The translations under genes were made by a program, and so were the position numbers. Positions 53,320-64,000 of a stretch of DNA of 64,000 nt are shown piece by piece. This DNA is from Mustelus asterias (Eukaryota): contig NC_135808.1 in assembly GCF_964213995.1 (NCBI RefSeq), positions 23,188,001-23,252,000 on the forward strand. The letters are read 5' to 3'. The notes below the pieces were generated by a model. That model was not told the DNA's origin and searched no databases. It saw nothing but the letters and a program-made list of their open reading frames with translations. Numbering within the stretch: the stretch's first letter is position 1; every line of letters starts with the position of its first letter.

Positions 53320-54508
53320 TTCACCGACTCTCACTCCCCCCTCACTCACCGACTCTCACTCCCCATTTCACTCACCGACTCTCACTCCCCGACTCTCACT
53401 CCCCCTTCACTCACCGACTCTCACTCCCCCCTCACTCACCGACTCTCACTCCCCCCTCACTCACCGACTCTCACTCCCCCCTCACTCACCGACTCTCACA
53501 CCCCGACTCTCACTCCCCCCTCACTCACCGACTCTCACTCCCCCCCTCACTCACCGACTCTCACTCCCCCCTCACTCACCGACTCTCACTCCCCCCTCAC
53601 TCACCGACTCTCACTCCCCCCTCACTCACCGACTCTCACTCCCCCCCTCACTCACCGACTCTCACTCCGCCCCCTCACTCACCGACTCTCACTCCCCCCT
53701 CACTCACCGACTCTCACTCCGCCCCCTCACTCACCGACTCTCACTCCCTCCTCACTCACCGACTCTCACTCCCTCCCTCCCTCACCGACTCTCACTCCCC
53801 CCTCACTCACCGACTCTCACTCCCCCCTCACTCACCGACTCTCACTCTCCCCTCACTCACCGACTCTCACTCCCCCCTCACTCACCCCGCCCTCACTCAC
53901 CGACTCTCACTCCCCCCTCACTCAGCGACTCTTGCTCCCCCCCTCACTCACCGACTCTCACTCCCCCCTCACTCACCGACTCTCACTCCCCCCTCACTCA
54001 CCGACTCTCACTCCCCCCTCACTCACCGACTCTCACTCCCCCCTCACTCACCGACTCTCACTCCCTCCTCACTCACCGACTCTCACTCCCCCCTCACTCA
54101 CTGACTCTCACTCCCTCCTCACTCACCGACTCTCACTCCTCCCTCACTCACCGACTCTCACTCCCCCCCCTCACTCACCGACTCTCACTCCCTCCTCACT
54201 CACCGACTCTCACTCCCCCCTCACTCACCGACTCTCACTCCCCCCTCACTCACCGACTCTCACTCCCCCCTCACTCACCGACTCTCACTCCCCCCTCACT
54301 CACCGACTCTCACTCCCCCCTCACTCACCGACTCTCACTCCCTCCTCACTCACCGACTCTCACTCCTCCCTCACTCACCGACTCTCACTTCCCCCCCCTC
54401 ACTCACCGACTCTCACTCCCTCCTCACTCACCGACTCTCACTCTCCCCCTCACTCACCGACTCTCACTCCCCCCTCACTCACTGACTCTCACTCCCCCCT
54501 CACTCACC
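53320..54508. repeat. ~24-bp minisatellite filling class I intron 3
   Basis: Unit ctcactcaccgactctcactcccc, roughly 45-50 copies estimated from length. Confidence 0.97.
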
Positions 54509-54780
54509 GACTGTCAGTAATTTTTGTCCGTACTCCAGATATTTCCTCAGCCACTCGATACACTCCACTTCCAGGTAACGTTTCCATCTCTGGTTAATGA
54601 CCGTGCTGCCCTCCCACTTTTGTTTGGTGATCTCTCCCCAAGGGACGGGGGTCACCCACACCAGAAGATCCTTATCAAAACTGATAAAATCTCGTCCATC
54701 CCACCCGTACTGGTTGAATCCAGTCGTATTCCCATCATCACTCAGGTCACAGCCGGTCATCAGCTGGTGTATGTGGATCC
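54508..54780 (-). CDS. MHC class I heavy chain exon 3, alpha2 domain
   Basis: Acceptor ccacag|GG. Protein GIHIHQLMTGCDL...WDGRDFISFD...TKQKW...RYLEVECIEWLRKYLEYG has the Cys101/Cys164 pair and T143, K146, W147, Y159, Y171 equivalents. Length 273 nt, donor G|GTGAGT. Confidence 0.96.
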
Positions 54781-55113
54781 CTGTGGATTAGAAAGATAAC
54801 CTGCCAATCAGGGCCAGTCCCAATAAAAGCTGCACTCACCATGAACCCACCCAAACAGATCCGTTCCCACTGGAGGTCCAGCCACCACACACACACACAC
54901 ACACACACAGCCAATCCGGCCCCATCCAACTGGAGGCAAAGCCACCAAACACACACAATCAGATTCAGTTGACCAACAGACCTTACAGAGCTCATGCACA
55001 ACCTCAGTTAATCAGCCCCCAGTCCCAGATCCTGATCCGCTCCCAGTTTCTCCCACTCTGACCCAGACGCCCTGCATCCTGAGAAAGAGGCTGAGTGCTG
55101 GGAGTTTGAAGAC

Positions 55114-55374
55114 CTCCCGACTGGTTGGTTCGATACATGAGGGTCTGAATATTATCTTTGAAACATCGTTCCACCTCCTGTGCGAGCTTCTTCTTCTGTT
55201 CCCAGGACTCAAACCCCTCGCTCTCCACCATCCACTGCTCCCGGGGGATCAGCTCCCTCCGATCGCTGTCGTACAGAACAAACTGGACACCGTCCACATA
55301 ACCGACACCCACAAACTCCGGGAAATCCGGGATCGGAGTCATTCCCGTGAAGAAATACCGGAGAGAGTGAGAGC
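55114..55374 (-). CDS. MHC class I heavy chain exon 2, alpha1 domain (shark UAA-lineage-like)
   Basis: Acceptor tttcag|GC. It translates as GSHSLRYFFTGMTPIPDFPEFVGVGYVDGVQFVLYDSD...QTLMYRTNQSG, with the class I N-terminus GSHSLRY and the N86 glycosylation site NQS. Length 261 nt, phase 1-1, donor AG|GTCTTC (weak). Confidence 0.95.
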
Positions 55375-55610
55375 CTGAAATAGAGAGAGAGACATCATGG
55401 TATGTACCCCAAAACATTAATTTTAAACTGAGAGCAAGATCTCCACCCAGCCTGGCATTGCCCCTCTCACACCCCATCACTCACTGACCCAGGGTTCATG
55501 CCCCAGTACCCAGCCTGGCATTGCCCCTCTCACACCCCATCACTCACTGACCCAGGGTTAATGTCCCAGTACCCAGCCTGGCATTGCCCCTCTCACACCC
55601 CACCACTCAC

Positions 55611-55659
55611 CTGCAGACACCTCTCCACACAAAAGGACCAGCTCTATCAGTCCAATCAT
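55611..55659 (-). CDS. MHC class I heavy chain exon 1, leader peptide (MIGLIELVLLCGEVSA)
   Basis: The minus strand reads ATG ATT GGA CTG ATA GAG CTG GTC CTT TTG TGT GGA GAG GTG TCT GCA G|GTGAGT. This is a 49-nt phase-1 exon ending in a V-S-A signal cleavage motif, 236 nt upstream of the alpha1 exon. An in-frame upstream ATG at 55674 would add MREAA. Confidence 0.9.
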
Positions 55660-55772
55660 TGCTGCTTCCCTCATGTTGGGGGAAACATTTGGAGGAAACT
55701 CTTTTTCAAAGAAAGGCCATTTTCTCAACTCACTCCTTCTGTCTTTCCCTGTTTACACTGAGCCTCAATCTG

Positions 55773-55836
55773 ATTGGACACAAAATAGGACTGAACCAAT
55801 CAGAATAAAGAGATTCAGTGAGTCATCAGTCTCCGG
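55773..55836 (-). promoter_or_regulatory. MHC-type proximal promoter: X1/X2 box, Y box (inverted CCAAT) and a second CCAAT
   Basis: The minus strand reads CCGGAGACTGATGACTCA (55836-55819), 15 nt, then CTGATTGG (55803-55796), with CCAAT at 55777-55773. Motif order and spacing match the MHC SXY module, 140-180 nt upstream of the ATG. Confidence 0.7.
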
Positions 55837-55850
55837 CAGAATAGACACAA

Positions 55851-56025
55851 TGTGGAGATGCCGGCGTTGGACTGGGGTGAACACAGTCAGAAGTCTCACA
55901 ACACCAGGTTAAAGTCCAACAGGTTTATTTGGGAGCAAATACCATAAGCTTTCGGAGCGCTGCTCCTTCGTCAGATGGAGTGACCACTGTTGGACTTTAA
56001 CCTGGTGTTGTGAGACTTCTTACTG
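55851..56025 (-). mobile_element. Penelope pLTR fragment with inverted arm, inserted in the class I promoter
   Basis: It matches the 3' end of element 30867-32143. Inverted arms of 39 bp lie at 55884-55922 and 55987-56025. The 13-bp TSD is agaatagacacaa / agaagagacacaa (55838-55850, 56026-56038). Confidence 0.88.
55942..55978 (-). ncRNA. Minimal hammerhead ribozyme, same strand as the class I gene
   Basis: The minus strand reads CCAU CUGACGA A GGAGC-AGC-GCUCC GAAA GC UU AUGG, with a perfect stem II. Confidence 0.75.
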
Positions 56026-56848
56026 AGAAGAGACACAAACAAGTTGCGAAACTGCCTCAAGGTTTAGAACTGTCCAATCAGGTAAATACAGCTGCTGACA
56101 TCATCAGTTGCCGGGTCGAATCAGCTGAAAGGAGTTTGATACAGTGACAGAGGGAAGGACATTCAGAACAGCAGCAGGTCTGAGCGAACCATTCAGTGAG
56201 ATCACTGCTGATCTGGACCCCAGTTTCTGACTATAAACCATATCCTCAGATATCATTACCCAATAAAAATCTGTCACTCTGAGATTGAAAAGCTCCAATT
56301 GTTAACTTTTTATTGTGGAGAGACTGGATGTGGATTCCACACTGCTGAATTATTTTAGCATTCTAAACAAATCGATCAGATCACCCATCAACATTCTAAA
56401 AGCTGGGGAATAAAAACCCCTTTTATTTCACCTCCTTTTATTATTCTGGTGATCAGAACTGCACCCCCTCCAAGACCAATCTCCCCTTCCTGAGGTGTGG
56501 TGTCCAGAACTGAACACAGTGACTCCAGAAAGTGTCTGTTAAACTGAAGCTTCACTTCCATCACTTTATATACCAGCCCCCTCCAGATAAAGTTCAATGT
56601 GCCCTTAGAGAGAATGGTGAAATGGGCAGACACAAATACAATGCAGAGAAGCGTTTTAAGTGATGCAGTTTGAAGGGAAGAAAATGAACAGTTAATCTAA
56701 ACTGAATGGGACGGTTATAAAGGGATTGTGGGAACAGAGAGACCTGAGTGAATATGATGGTGGCAGGAAGGTGTGATAAGACTATTAAAGAAGCATCTGG
56801 ACCCCATTGCTTTATAAATAGCAGCACAGATTACAAAAGCAAGGAGGT

Positions 56849-57477
56849 TGTGGAATTGCATGAACTAAAGAATAGCATGATGGGAAAATTGGTACAATAT
56901 AAGAAAGACTGACTCTGCAGAACATAAAACATGACTGACCTCCATGTAAATCTGATAAAGCTGATTTCATATAACTTATGACGTGAATGAGATCAGTGAA
57001 GGTCAAGCTCTTCCAATTTCCTGACCTCTAAGGCCCGATAAGATTGATTCCTCATAGCCGAAGACTATAGGAGTAAATAAAACAAGATAAGGTCAGGGAT
57101 GACGGAAATCACCGACCTTCGTCTGTTACATCAATGGGCAAGATAAGGGTTTGAATGATGCGACAAAAGGTTCTGGGAGGTCAACAGGTTATAACATGAT
57201 TAATGGTATTGCTTATACTTCTATTAATGATCGAATTCCTGAATAAGCTGTGGTCACGCTAACTGATAATGATTATGTATAAATACTGAACTGTTTCTTT
57301 CTGTAAGCGTGGACTTGGGGAGGAATTAGCATGTTATAATAACTGCTCTCTGAACCCAAATTTCAGCCAAAAACTGCATGCAGTCTTTTCGTAAATAAAG
57401 GCTTGTTATTTTGTCTGAACAAACATTGTTGAGTTTTTCTATCACAGTCAAGAAGCAGGAAAGTTTCCACTTCAACA
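56849..57477 (+). mobile_element. Solo LTR (629 bp)
   Basis: TG..CA ends and a 4-bp TSD AGGT (56845-56848, 57478-57481) split a LINE remnant. TATA-like gtataaat near 57277 and AATAAA near 57394. Confidence 0.75.
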
Positions 57478-58546
57478 AGGTCACGCTGAACATTAATGAA
57501 CTATTGGTTCGATCCGAGCTGAAGCATTGTGTCCACTTCTGGTCACAATGTTTCAGGAAGGATGTCGAGGCCTTGGAGAGGGTGCAGAGGAAATTTGGTG
57601 AAATATTGGAGATGAGAAACTTCTGACTGACAGTAGGAGTAATTCAATGTGTTGAGACAATCATATCTTCCAAAAACAAACGTGGAAAGACATTGCATTA
57701 TCTGGGTAATGGATAATGACCTGCATTTTTTTTTAAGAAGGCCATAGGTTCTCCTTGGACAGGGAGCCAGCCTGCCTTCACCTGAGCTGTGTGGTACTTG
57801 AGGAAGAGATGTTTGTTTGTTCTGAACTGGAATCACTTTAATTGATGGGGAATAAAATGGAAAAACAGAGGCTAGTGATGATCTGGAAATCACATGGCAG
57901 GGACAGACTTTAAGTTTTGAACCTGTTGGTTTTGAACTCAGTCTCTTTGGGGAATAAGTTGAGAAATGGAGACGGCCCGACCTGATTCTCTCTCTGTCTT
58001 GCCTCAAATTGTGTCTGGTTCACAACCTGCTGCCAGAGAATCCTCATCTGAGTGTAACCTGTCTGCATTTTGGACCTGCAAAGCTGAAACAGGAAGAATT
58101 GATCCAGATCCATATTCTCCTCCGTGCCAATGCTCTGTTGGTGTGAAACTCCAGACATCCACTGGTCTTCAGATGAGTGAACACCAGCTCAACAGCATTG
58201 ACCCCTTTCAAACTTTATTCTTCATTTTAAAAAAGCCTATCCTCCAAAGGCCGTCTCTGCATAGAGACCCGATCTGGTTGTTCTTTAATTGCACAGAAGT
58301 TGAGAGCAATGTATTTGCATGAATAGGTAATTGGCTAATGGACAGGAAACATTGATTTGGCATAAATGGGGCATTTACAAGTTGGCCAACTGTGACTAGT
58401 GGAGTGTCACTAGGATCAGTGCTGGGACAATTAGTCATTTACAATCTTTATGTGTGACTCAGACCAAGAGACAGAGTGTGATGGATCAAAATTTGCAGCA
58501 GCTACAAAGTTAGGTGGAAATGAGGAGAGATTGAGTCGGTTGGGAT

Positions 58547-59387
58547 TGTGATGTTAGTGTACCTTTAAGAAAGTTTTTTTTAAAATCATGATCTCTGCAA
58601 CTCTTACATCTTCAATAGTTAATTTGCTGCTGGTTTGATTGGAGATGTCCTTTTATTGCTACTTCAATTGCTTAAATGGGTCTGTTTATTTGAACTCTGG
58701 GTTGTTTTGTGATTCTGCATTGCTAGGAGGATGGTCATGTGTTTTTGGACAGTTATATTTCTTTCCAGTGAATTTAAGGTTTCATTTTCTGTTTGGCTGC
58801 AGTGAGAGTTGAGTTTTAGAAGGGGAGCAAGCTGAAAAGAAGTCTCTCTCTCTCTCTCTCTCTCTGGTTTTGGAAATTCTGCTTGTCAGCTGAAAGCAAG
58901 GTCTTGTCTTTCTGAAGGGGAGAAATCTGCTGTTGGTGGCTTGCCGAGAGTCCCTGGTGTTTGTGGAAGCTGTTCAGACTTCAAACTGTTTTGAGTCTAT
59001 CCAGGGAACTGCAGACTTCATCCAAAGGACTCAAGTCCAGTATCACATGAGCATTAGACTGTGCTGTGTTAACCCCGTGAACAGGGTATTTTGTCTACGG
59101 GATTGGTTTGATTGGAACACATTAGATATATTTGTTAAGGATGATACATTATAGCGGTTGTTTTGTTTCTTGTTTGTAATTGATAAGAGTTCTTGCTAAT
59201 TTTCTGACTGTACAGATTAACTATATTCTTAAATAAACTTTGTTTGATAAAAGCTCCCAAGTGGGTCATTTGAATCATATCTGAAGGGAAGCCTATCATG
59301 ATTTTCCTTGCCAAGTTGATGATGCAAAACTTATGATCCAGGTGAGCTCCATAAATCTCTTTCTAGTTTCTGACCTCAAGCACAACA
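58547..59387 (+). mobile_element. Solo LTR-like insertion
   Basis: TG..CA ends and AATAAA near 59232. It is absent from the paralogous site near 32870, where the flanks are contiguous. Confidence 0.6.
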
Positions 59388-60239
59388 GATTTGCTGGAGT
59401 TAAGAAGAATGAGGGGCATCTCATAGAAACCTATAAAATTGTAACAGGAAGAGACAGAGCAGGTGCAGGAAGGATGGTGGGGGAGTCCAGAACCATGGGT
59501 TGTCCTCTAAAGATAAAGGGTAAACCATTGAGGACTGAGATGAAGAGAAATATCTTCACCCAGATAGCGGTAAGCCTGTGGAATTCATTACCACAACAAG
59601 CAATTGAGGCTAAAACATTGTTTATTTTCAAGAAGGAGGGGCGAAGGGGATCAATGGTGGAGACTGGATCAGGCTATTAAGTTGGAAGATCAGCCATGAT
59701 AATAATCAATGGCAGAGCAGGATTGAAGGGCCGAATGGCCTACTCCTGTTCCTCCTTTCTATGTTTCTATGAAACGCAAACTGTATGGAGGACATGGAGA
59801 GAGCTGCAAAGTGATGTGGAGAAGTTAATCAAATGGGCTGCAAGGTGGTAGATGGAGTGTAATGTGGGTGGATGTGGGGGTTAGACTGTGTCTCTGTACG
59901 GATGTCACTTTGCTAAACCAGCCTGCCAGTCGCCCTTTACATTGAAGCAAGCCCATCCTTCACCAAGAGCGTCCCACTTTGCTACACCATGCAAGGGAGA
60001 AATAAAGAGAGGGCAGAGTGAGAAACAGAGTCAGAGTGAGTCTTGACTGTGAGGCACAGATGATCAAACAAAGTATTGGTTCCAGGAAACCTTGTAAAGT
60101 CTGTTTCTTACCGAAAAAAAAGTTCTATCGAAGAGGCAGTCGCATCTCTTTGTGATATTGTTTCGGAGACAAGCACAATATTAATCTAACACTCAGCCTC
60201 CCTAACCTGCTGAAATATCTGCAGATTTGAAATGTTTTT

Positions 60240-60546
60240 TAAAGTTTATTTTAAAGTTAGTTATTAGCCACAAGCATGCTTCCATTAACACTGCAATGAA
60301 ATTACTGTGAAAATCCCCAAGTTGCCACACTGCGGTGCATGTTCGGGTACACTGAGGGAGAATTTAGCATGGCCAATGCACCTCAGCAGCACATTTTTCA
60401 GACTGTGGGAGGAAACCGGAGCACCCGGAGGAAACCCACGCAGACACGTGCAAACTCCGCACAGACAATGACCCGAAGCCGGATTTGAATCCAGGACCCT
60501 TGCGCTATGAGGCAGCAGTGCTAACCACTTGCCATCGTGCTGCCCA
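60240..60546 (-). mobile_element. tRNA-derived SINE (alternative-tail type)
   Basis: Same organisation as 51523-51830, inverted. Confidence 0.78.
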
Positions 60547-61626
60547 TAACTGATTCTGTGTAAGGATATTTCTGAGACCAGGGCACATTTATTTACTTAT
60601 TAATTCAGGTGAAATGAAGTCAAACAGTTTTGTCTGTGGGTTCAGTGAATGCACACGGCATAATGACTGTGTCTTTGAGTTGAAATGTGGATTCCTGTTT
60701 CACACAGTTGGAAAGCACTCAAACTGCTGGTATGTGGCAGAGGACACAGCTGTGGGGGCTATTCAACTTTGCTATCAAGGATGGAAAAGTAGAACACTTC
60801 TTTTAAAATGAGTCACTTGTATGCAGTCTACAAGGAACACAGAAACTCCTCCAGGTAGAATCATAGAGGGAGAATGTGCAAACTCCACATAGAGTCATGC
60901 AAACTCGGATTGGACCCGGGTCCCTGGTGCTGTGAGACAGCAATGTGCCACCGTGCCACTCCTTTAAAGCACAACCAGGAAAGCAAATGGTACTTTGGTC
61001 TTTATTGTAAAGGGATTACAGAACAGAATAAATCAGCCTTGTGACAAATGTACACACCATTGTTAACACCACACCTGTAATTTGTGTCAGTGTTTTTCTG
61101 GCAGATGTACAGAGAATGTTTATTTGGAATGATTGGGATTTGTTTCATGAGGAAAAGTTGAGCAGGTTGGGGATTTTTTCATTGGAGTTTAGAACAATGA
61201 GAGGTAATCTCACTGGAAAAGATTAGACTCTGACAGGGCTTGATAGGGTCGATAGTGAAAGATTCTTTCTGTTGGTGGGCAATAAAACATGAGGGCAAAG
61301 CCTCAGGGTAAGAGGTGAATCATTTAAGATGAGGAGAAATTTCTTCACTCAAAGGGTTGTGAACCTTTGATTCTCTACCCCAGAGAATTGTGGATGCTTC
61401 ATTACTGAAGATATTGAAGAGAGACAGATTTGTGGTGTCTCAGGGAATGGAGGTGTCCAGAGAGTAGGACTGAAATTGAGATGAGGCAGAAGATTAGCCA
61501 TGATTGTATTGAATGATGGGACAGTCTCATGAGGATGAACGGTCTATTCCTGCTGTTATCCCTCATGTTCTCTCCTGACTGAGGGTTAATATCTAACCCC
61601 GGCACTCCCTGCTCACACCCCATCAT

Positions 61627-61675
61627 CGATCGAAATCACTGCACACAGAGGGACCAGCACATTCCGTCCAAAAAT
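61627..61675 (-). pseudogene. Degenerate third class I leader-exon relic (ATG changed to ATT, donor lost)
   Basis: The + strand gcacacagagggaccagcacattccgtccaaaaattgttgc aligns to ccacacaaaaggaccagctctatcagtccaatcattgctgc. It is flanked by one intron-1 repeat unit (gggttaat...ctcacaccccatca) and 5'UTR-like sequence. Confidence 0.6.
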
Positions 61676-61744
61676 TGTTGCTTTCTTCACCAGGTTGGAA
61701 GGGGAAATCTGTGGAAAAAAATTTCCAAGTGAGTGTCTCCCAGC

Positions 61745-62490
61745 TGCATCCTGTACTGCTACTGTGGCTCTCAGTCTGAGCTGTGTCCTGTACTGATACT
61801 GTCCCTCTCAGCCGGTGATCTGTGTCCTGTACTGATACTGTCCCTCTCAGTCTGAGCTGTGTCCTGTACTGATACTGTCCCTCTCAGTCTGAGCTGTGTC
61901 CTGTACTGATACTGTCCCTCTCAGTCTGTGAGCTGTGTCCTGTACTGATACTGTCCCTCTCAGTCTGAGCTGTGTCCTGTACTGATACTGTCCCTCTCAA
62001 TGTGTGAGCTGTGTCCTGTACTGATACTGTCCCTCCCAGTGTGTGAGCTGTGCCCTGTACTGATACTGTCCTTCTCAGTCTGTGAGCTGTGTCCTGTACT
62101 GATACTATCCCACTCAGTCTGAGCTGTGTCCTGTACTGATACTGTCTCTCTCAGTGTGTGCATTGTGTCCTGTACTGATACTGTCCCTCCAGTGTGTGAG
62201 CTGTGTCCTGTACTGATACTGTCTCTCTCAGTGTGTGACCTGTGTCCTGTACTGATACTGTCCCACTCAGTCTGAGCTGTGTCCTGTACTGATACTGTCT
62301 CTCTCAGTGTGTGCATTGTGTCCTGTACTGATACTGTCCCTCCAGTGTGTGAGCTGTGTCCTGTACTGATACTGTCCCTCTCAGTGTGTGACCTGTGTCC
62401 TGTACTGATACTGTCCCTCTCAGTCTGAGCTGTGTCCTGTACTGATACTGTCCCTCTCAGCCTGTGAGCAGTGTCCTGTCCTGATCTCAA
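61745..62490. repeat. 37-39-bp minisatellite
   Basis: Unit gagctgtgtcctgtactgatactgtccctctcagtct(gt), about 19 copies. Confidence 0.97.
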
Positions 62491-64000
62491 TTCCTGTTCC
62501 TGTTAAATTATGTAAACAGCAACTGGACACCAAATACCATTGAAGAATTCAGAGCCGCAATTCTCCCAAAAAATTTTAAGTTTAGACTTTGCGGGAAAAC
62601 TGGTGCAGATCACGCCAGTTTTTTCAGTGCAACTTCACACTTGACTCTCCCACACTCTGTGCAATGCAGAGGTCCCAATCGGGAATATCATTAAAAGCTC
62701 GGGGGGGCGGGGCATAGTCACACCGGAGGCTGACAATTCCGGAACTCTGCGCATGCGCAGTAGCCCCGATCTGTCATTCTCCCAATCACTGGCTCGCCCG
62801 GGACCCTCGCAGTGCTGCCCCTCCAGCTGATGCCCCCCTCCAGCAGTGATGATAACCCCACCCCAGCAGACCTCCTCCCCAGCACACACCCAGACTGATC
62901 CCTCAGGCCACCCTGATCGCTCACCTCCCTCTGGCCTCCCTCACGGCTCAGATGGTGCTGCTTATCGAACGCTGGGAGATGTGCGCACGGCGGAACGCAT
63001 GCGCAAATCCCGTGAGTCGACCAACAAGCAATTCTCTCAATCCGCTGTGCTAAGAAATTCGTGTGGCGGGATGGGAGAATCACTCCCCCCGGGATACAAA
63101 CAGGACACAGCTTGTCGAGTCCTGTTTGAAACGTTACTGTGTTTGTTCAGGAATGAATCGATTTGAAAAAGTGAAGAGAGTTGATCGGGCAGAGTTCAAT
63201 TGAAAGGTAAAATGGTGCACAAAGAAACAGTATTTGGAGATTTGATGCTTGGATCAGAGTAGGGAAATTGGAATGTTTGGGAGAAAGTCGACAGGAAGAA
63301 ACAAATAGTGAGAGATCACGGAGATGTGAGACCAAAGATTAGATTATTGAATCAGGATGAAGAAATGGATGTCGCTGCTTTTCAGAAATGGGCTGTTGAT
63401 GTCTGGTTGGTGGAATATCAGAAGCAGGTTAGAAAAAGAAATTTAAGAAACTCACAGTAAAGTTTAAAATACTGTGTGAACAACCGGGTTGTTTATGTTC
63501 AGAGATATCCTGATTTGTAAACAAACAACTGTTCCTTTTACTTTAAGAATATTTCTCCATTCTGTGCACAGATCTAAAGGATGTGAAGCAACCTGTGTCC
63601 ATGTGGGTGACACGGTGGCACGGTAGTTAGCACTGCTGCCTCACTATACCAGGGACCAAGGTTCGATTCCGGCTTTGGCCAACTGTCAGTTTGGATAAGA
63701 TGCTCTTTCGGAGAGTCAGCTTGGAGGTGATGAGCTAAACGGCCTCCTTCTGCACTGTAGGAATTCTGTGGATTCTATGTGATGGAAGAGGTGAACAAAA
63801 TTCAGGCTCAGGCTGATAAGTGGAAGATTACATTCACAACCACAACTGCCAGGCAATGGCCATCTCTAACATTAGTGAAGCTAACTATCTCTCCTTGACA
63901 TTTGGAGTTACAGAATTGTTCTGGTGTTGACAGAGGCTATTTAGCCCATTGTCCTATAATTTTCAAGTTGAAGAAGTTTGTAAAAGTTTTGGAATTGAAA

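Noticed and set aside
53194-54597. 467-aa Pro/Ser/Thr/His-rich ORF resembling a mucin
   Set aside because: It is the translation of the 24-bp intronic minisatellite, antisense to the MHC gene.
55004-55480. 158-aa ORF as a single-exon gene
   Set aside because: Only 55114-55374 is class I-like and bounded by splice sites. The rest is intron read-through.
61960-62490. 176-aa repetitive ORF
   Set aside because: It is the translation of the 37-39-bp minisatellite.
62552-63088. Possible MITE with imperfect terminal inverted repeats (attctccc / gggagaat)
   Set aside because: The termini are too degenerate and there is no clear TSD, so it cannot be supported without a genome search.

Overview
Eukaryotic (vertebrate) DNA, very probably from a shark. 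This is inferred from the CR1/HER1-type LINEs, HE1-type tRNA SINEs and a cartilaginous-fish style MHC class I gene. The only host gene is an MHC class I heavy-chain gene on the minus strand, resembling the shark UAA lineage. Its exons are: leader 55611-55659, alpha1 55114-55374, alpha2 54508-54780, alpha3 52991-53254, TM 45140-45233, cytoplasmic 44594-44626 and 43883-43930, plus a possible 3'UTR exon near 41.0-41.4 kb. All exon borders were read from AG/GT sites. The gene looks non-classical or decaying. Tyr59 and Glu63 of the peptide N-terminal pocket are replaced. The TM exon is frameshifted (94 nt), so the conserved YxxA tail is in frame only if the TM exon is skipped. A hammerhead-ribozyme-bearing Penelope fragment sits just upstream of the X-Y promoter boxes. 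Two relic class I leader exons (30387-30435 and 61627-61675) and paralogous flanks indicate a tandem class I birth-and-death cluster. The rest is repeat-rich: a young full-length Gypsy LTR element (33466-38192), older Gypsy relics, solo LTRs, Penelope-like elements with minimal hammerhead ribozymes, many CR1 LINE fragments, SINEs, splice-site-derived minisatellites and one assembly gap (44172-44507). I found no clearly novel system. The most interesting signals are the atypical class I gene and its repeat-remodelled regulatory and splicing context.
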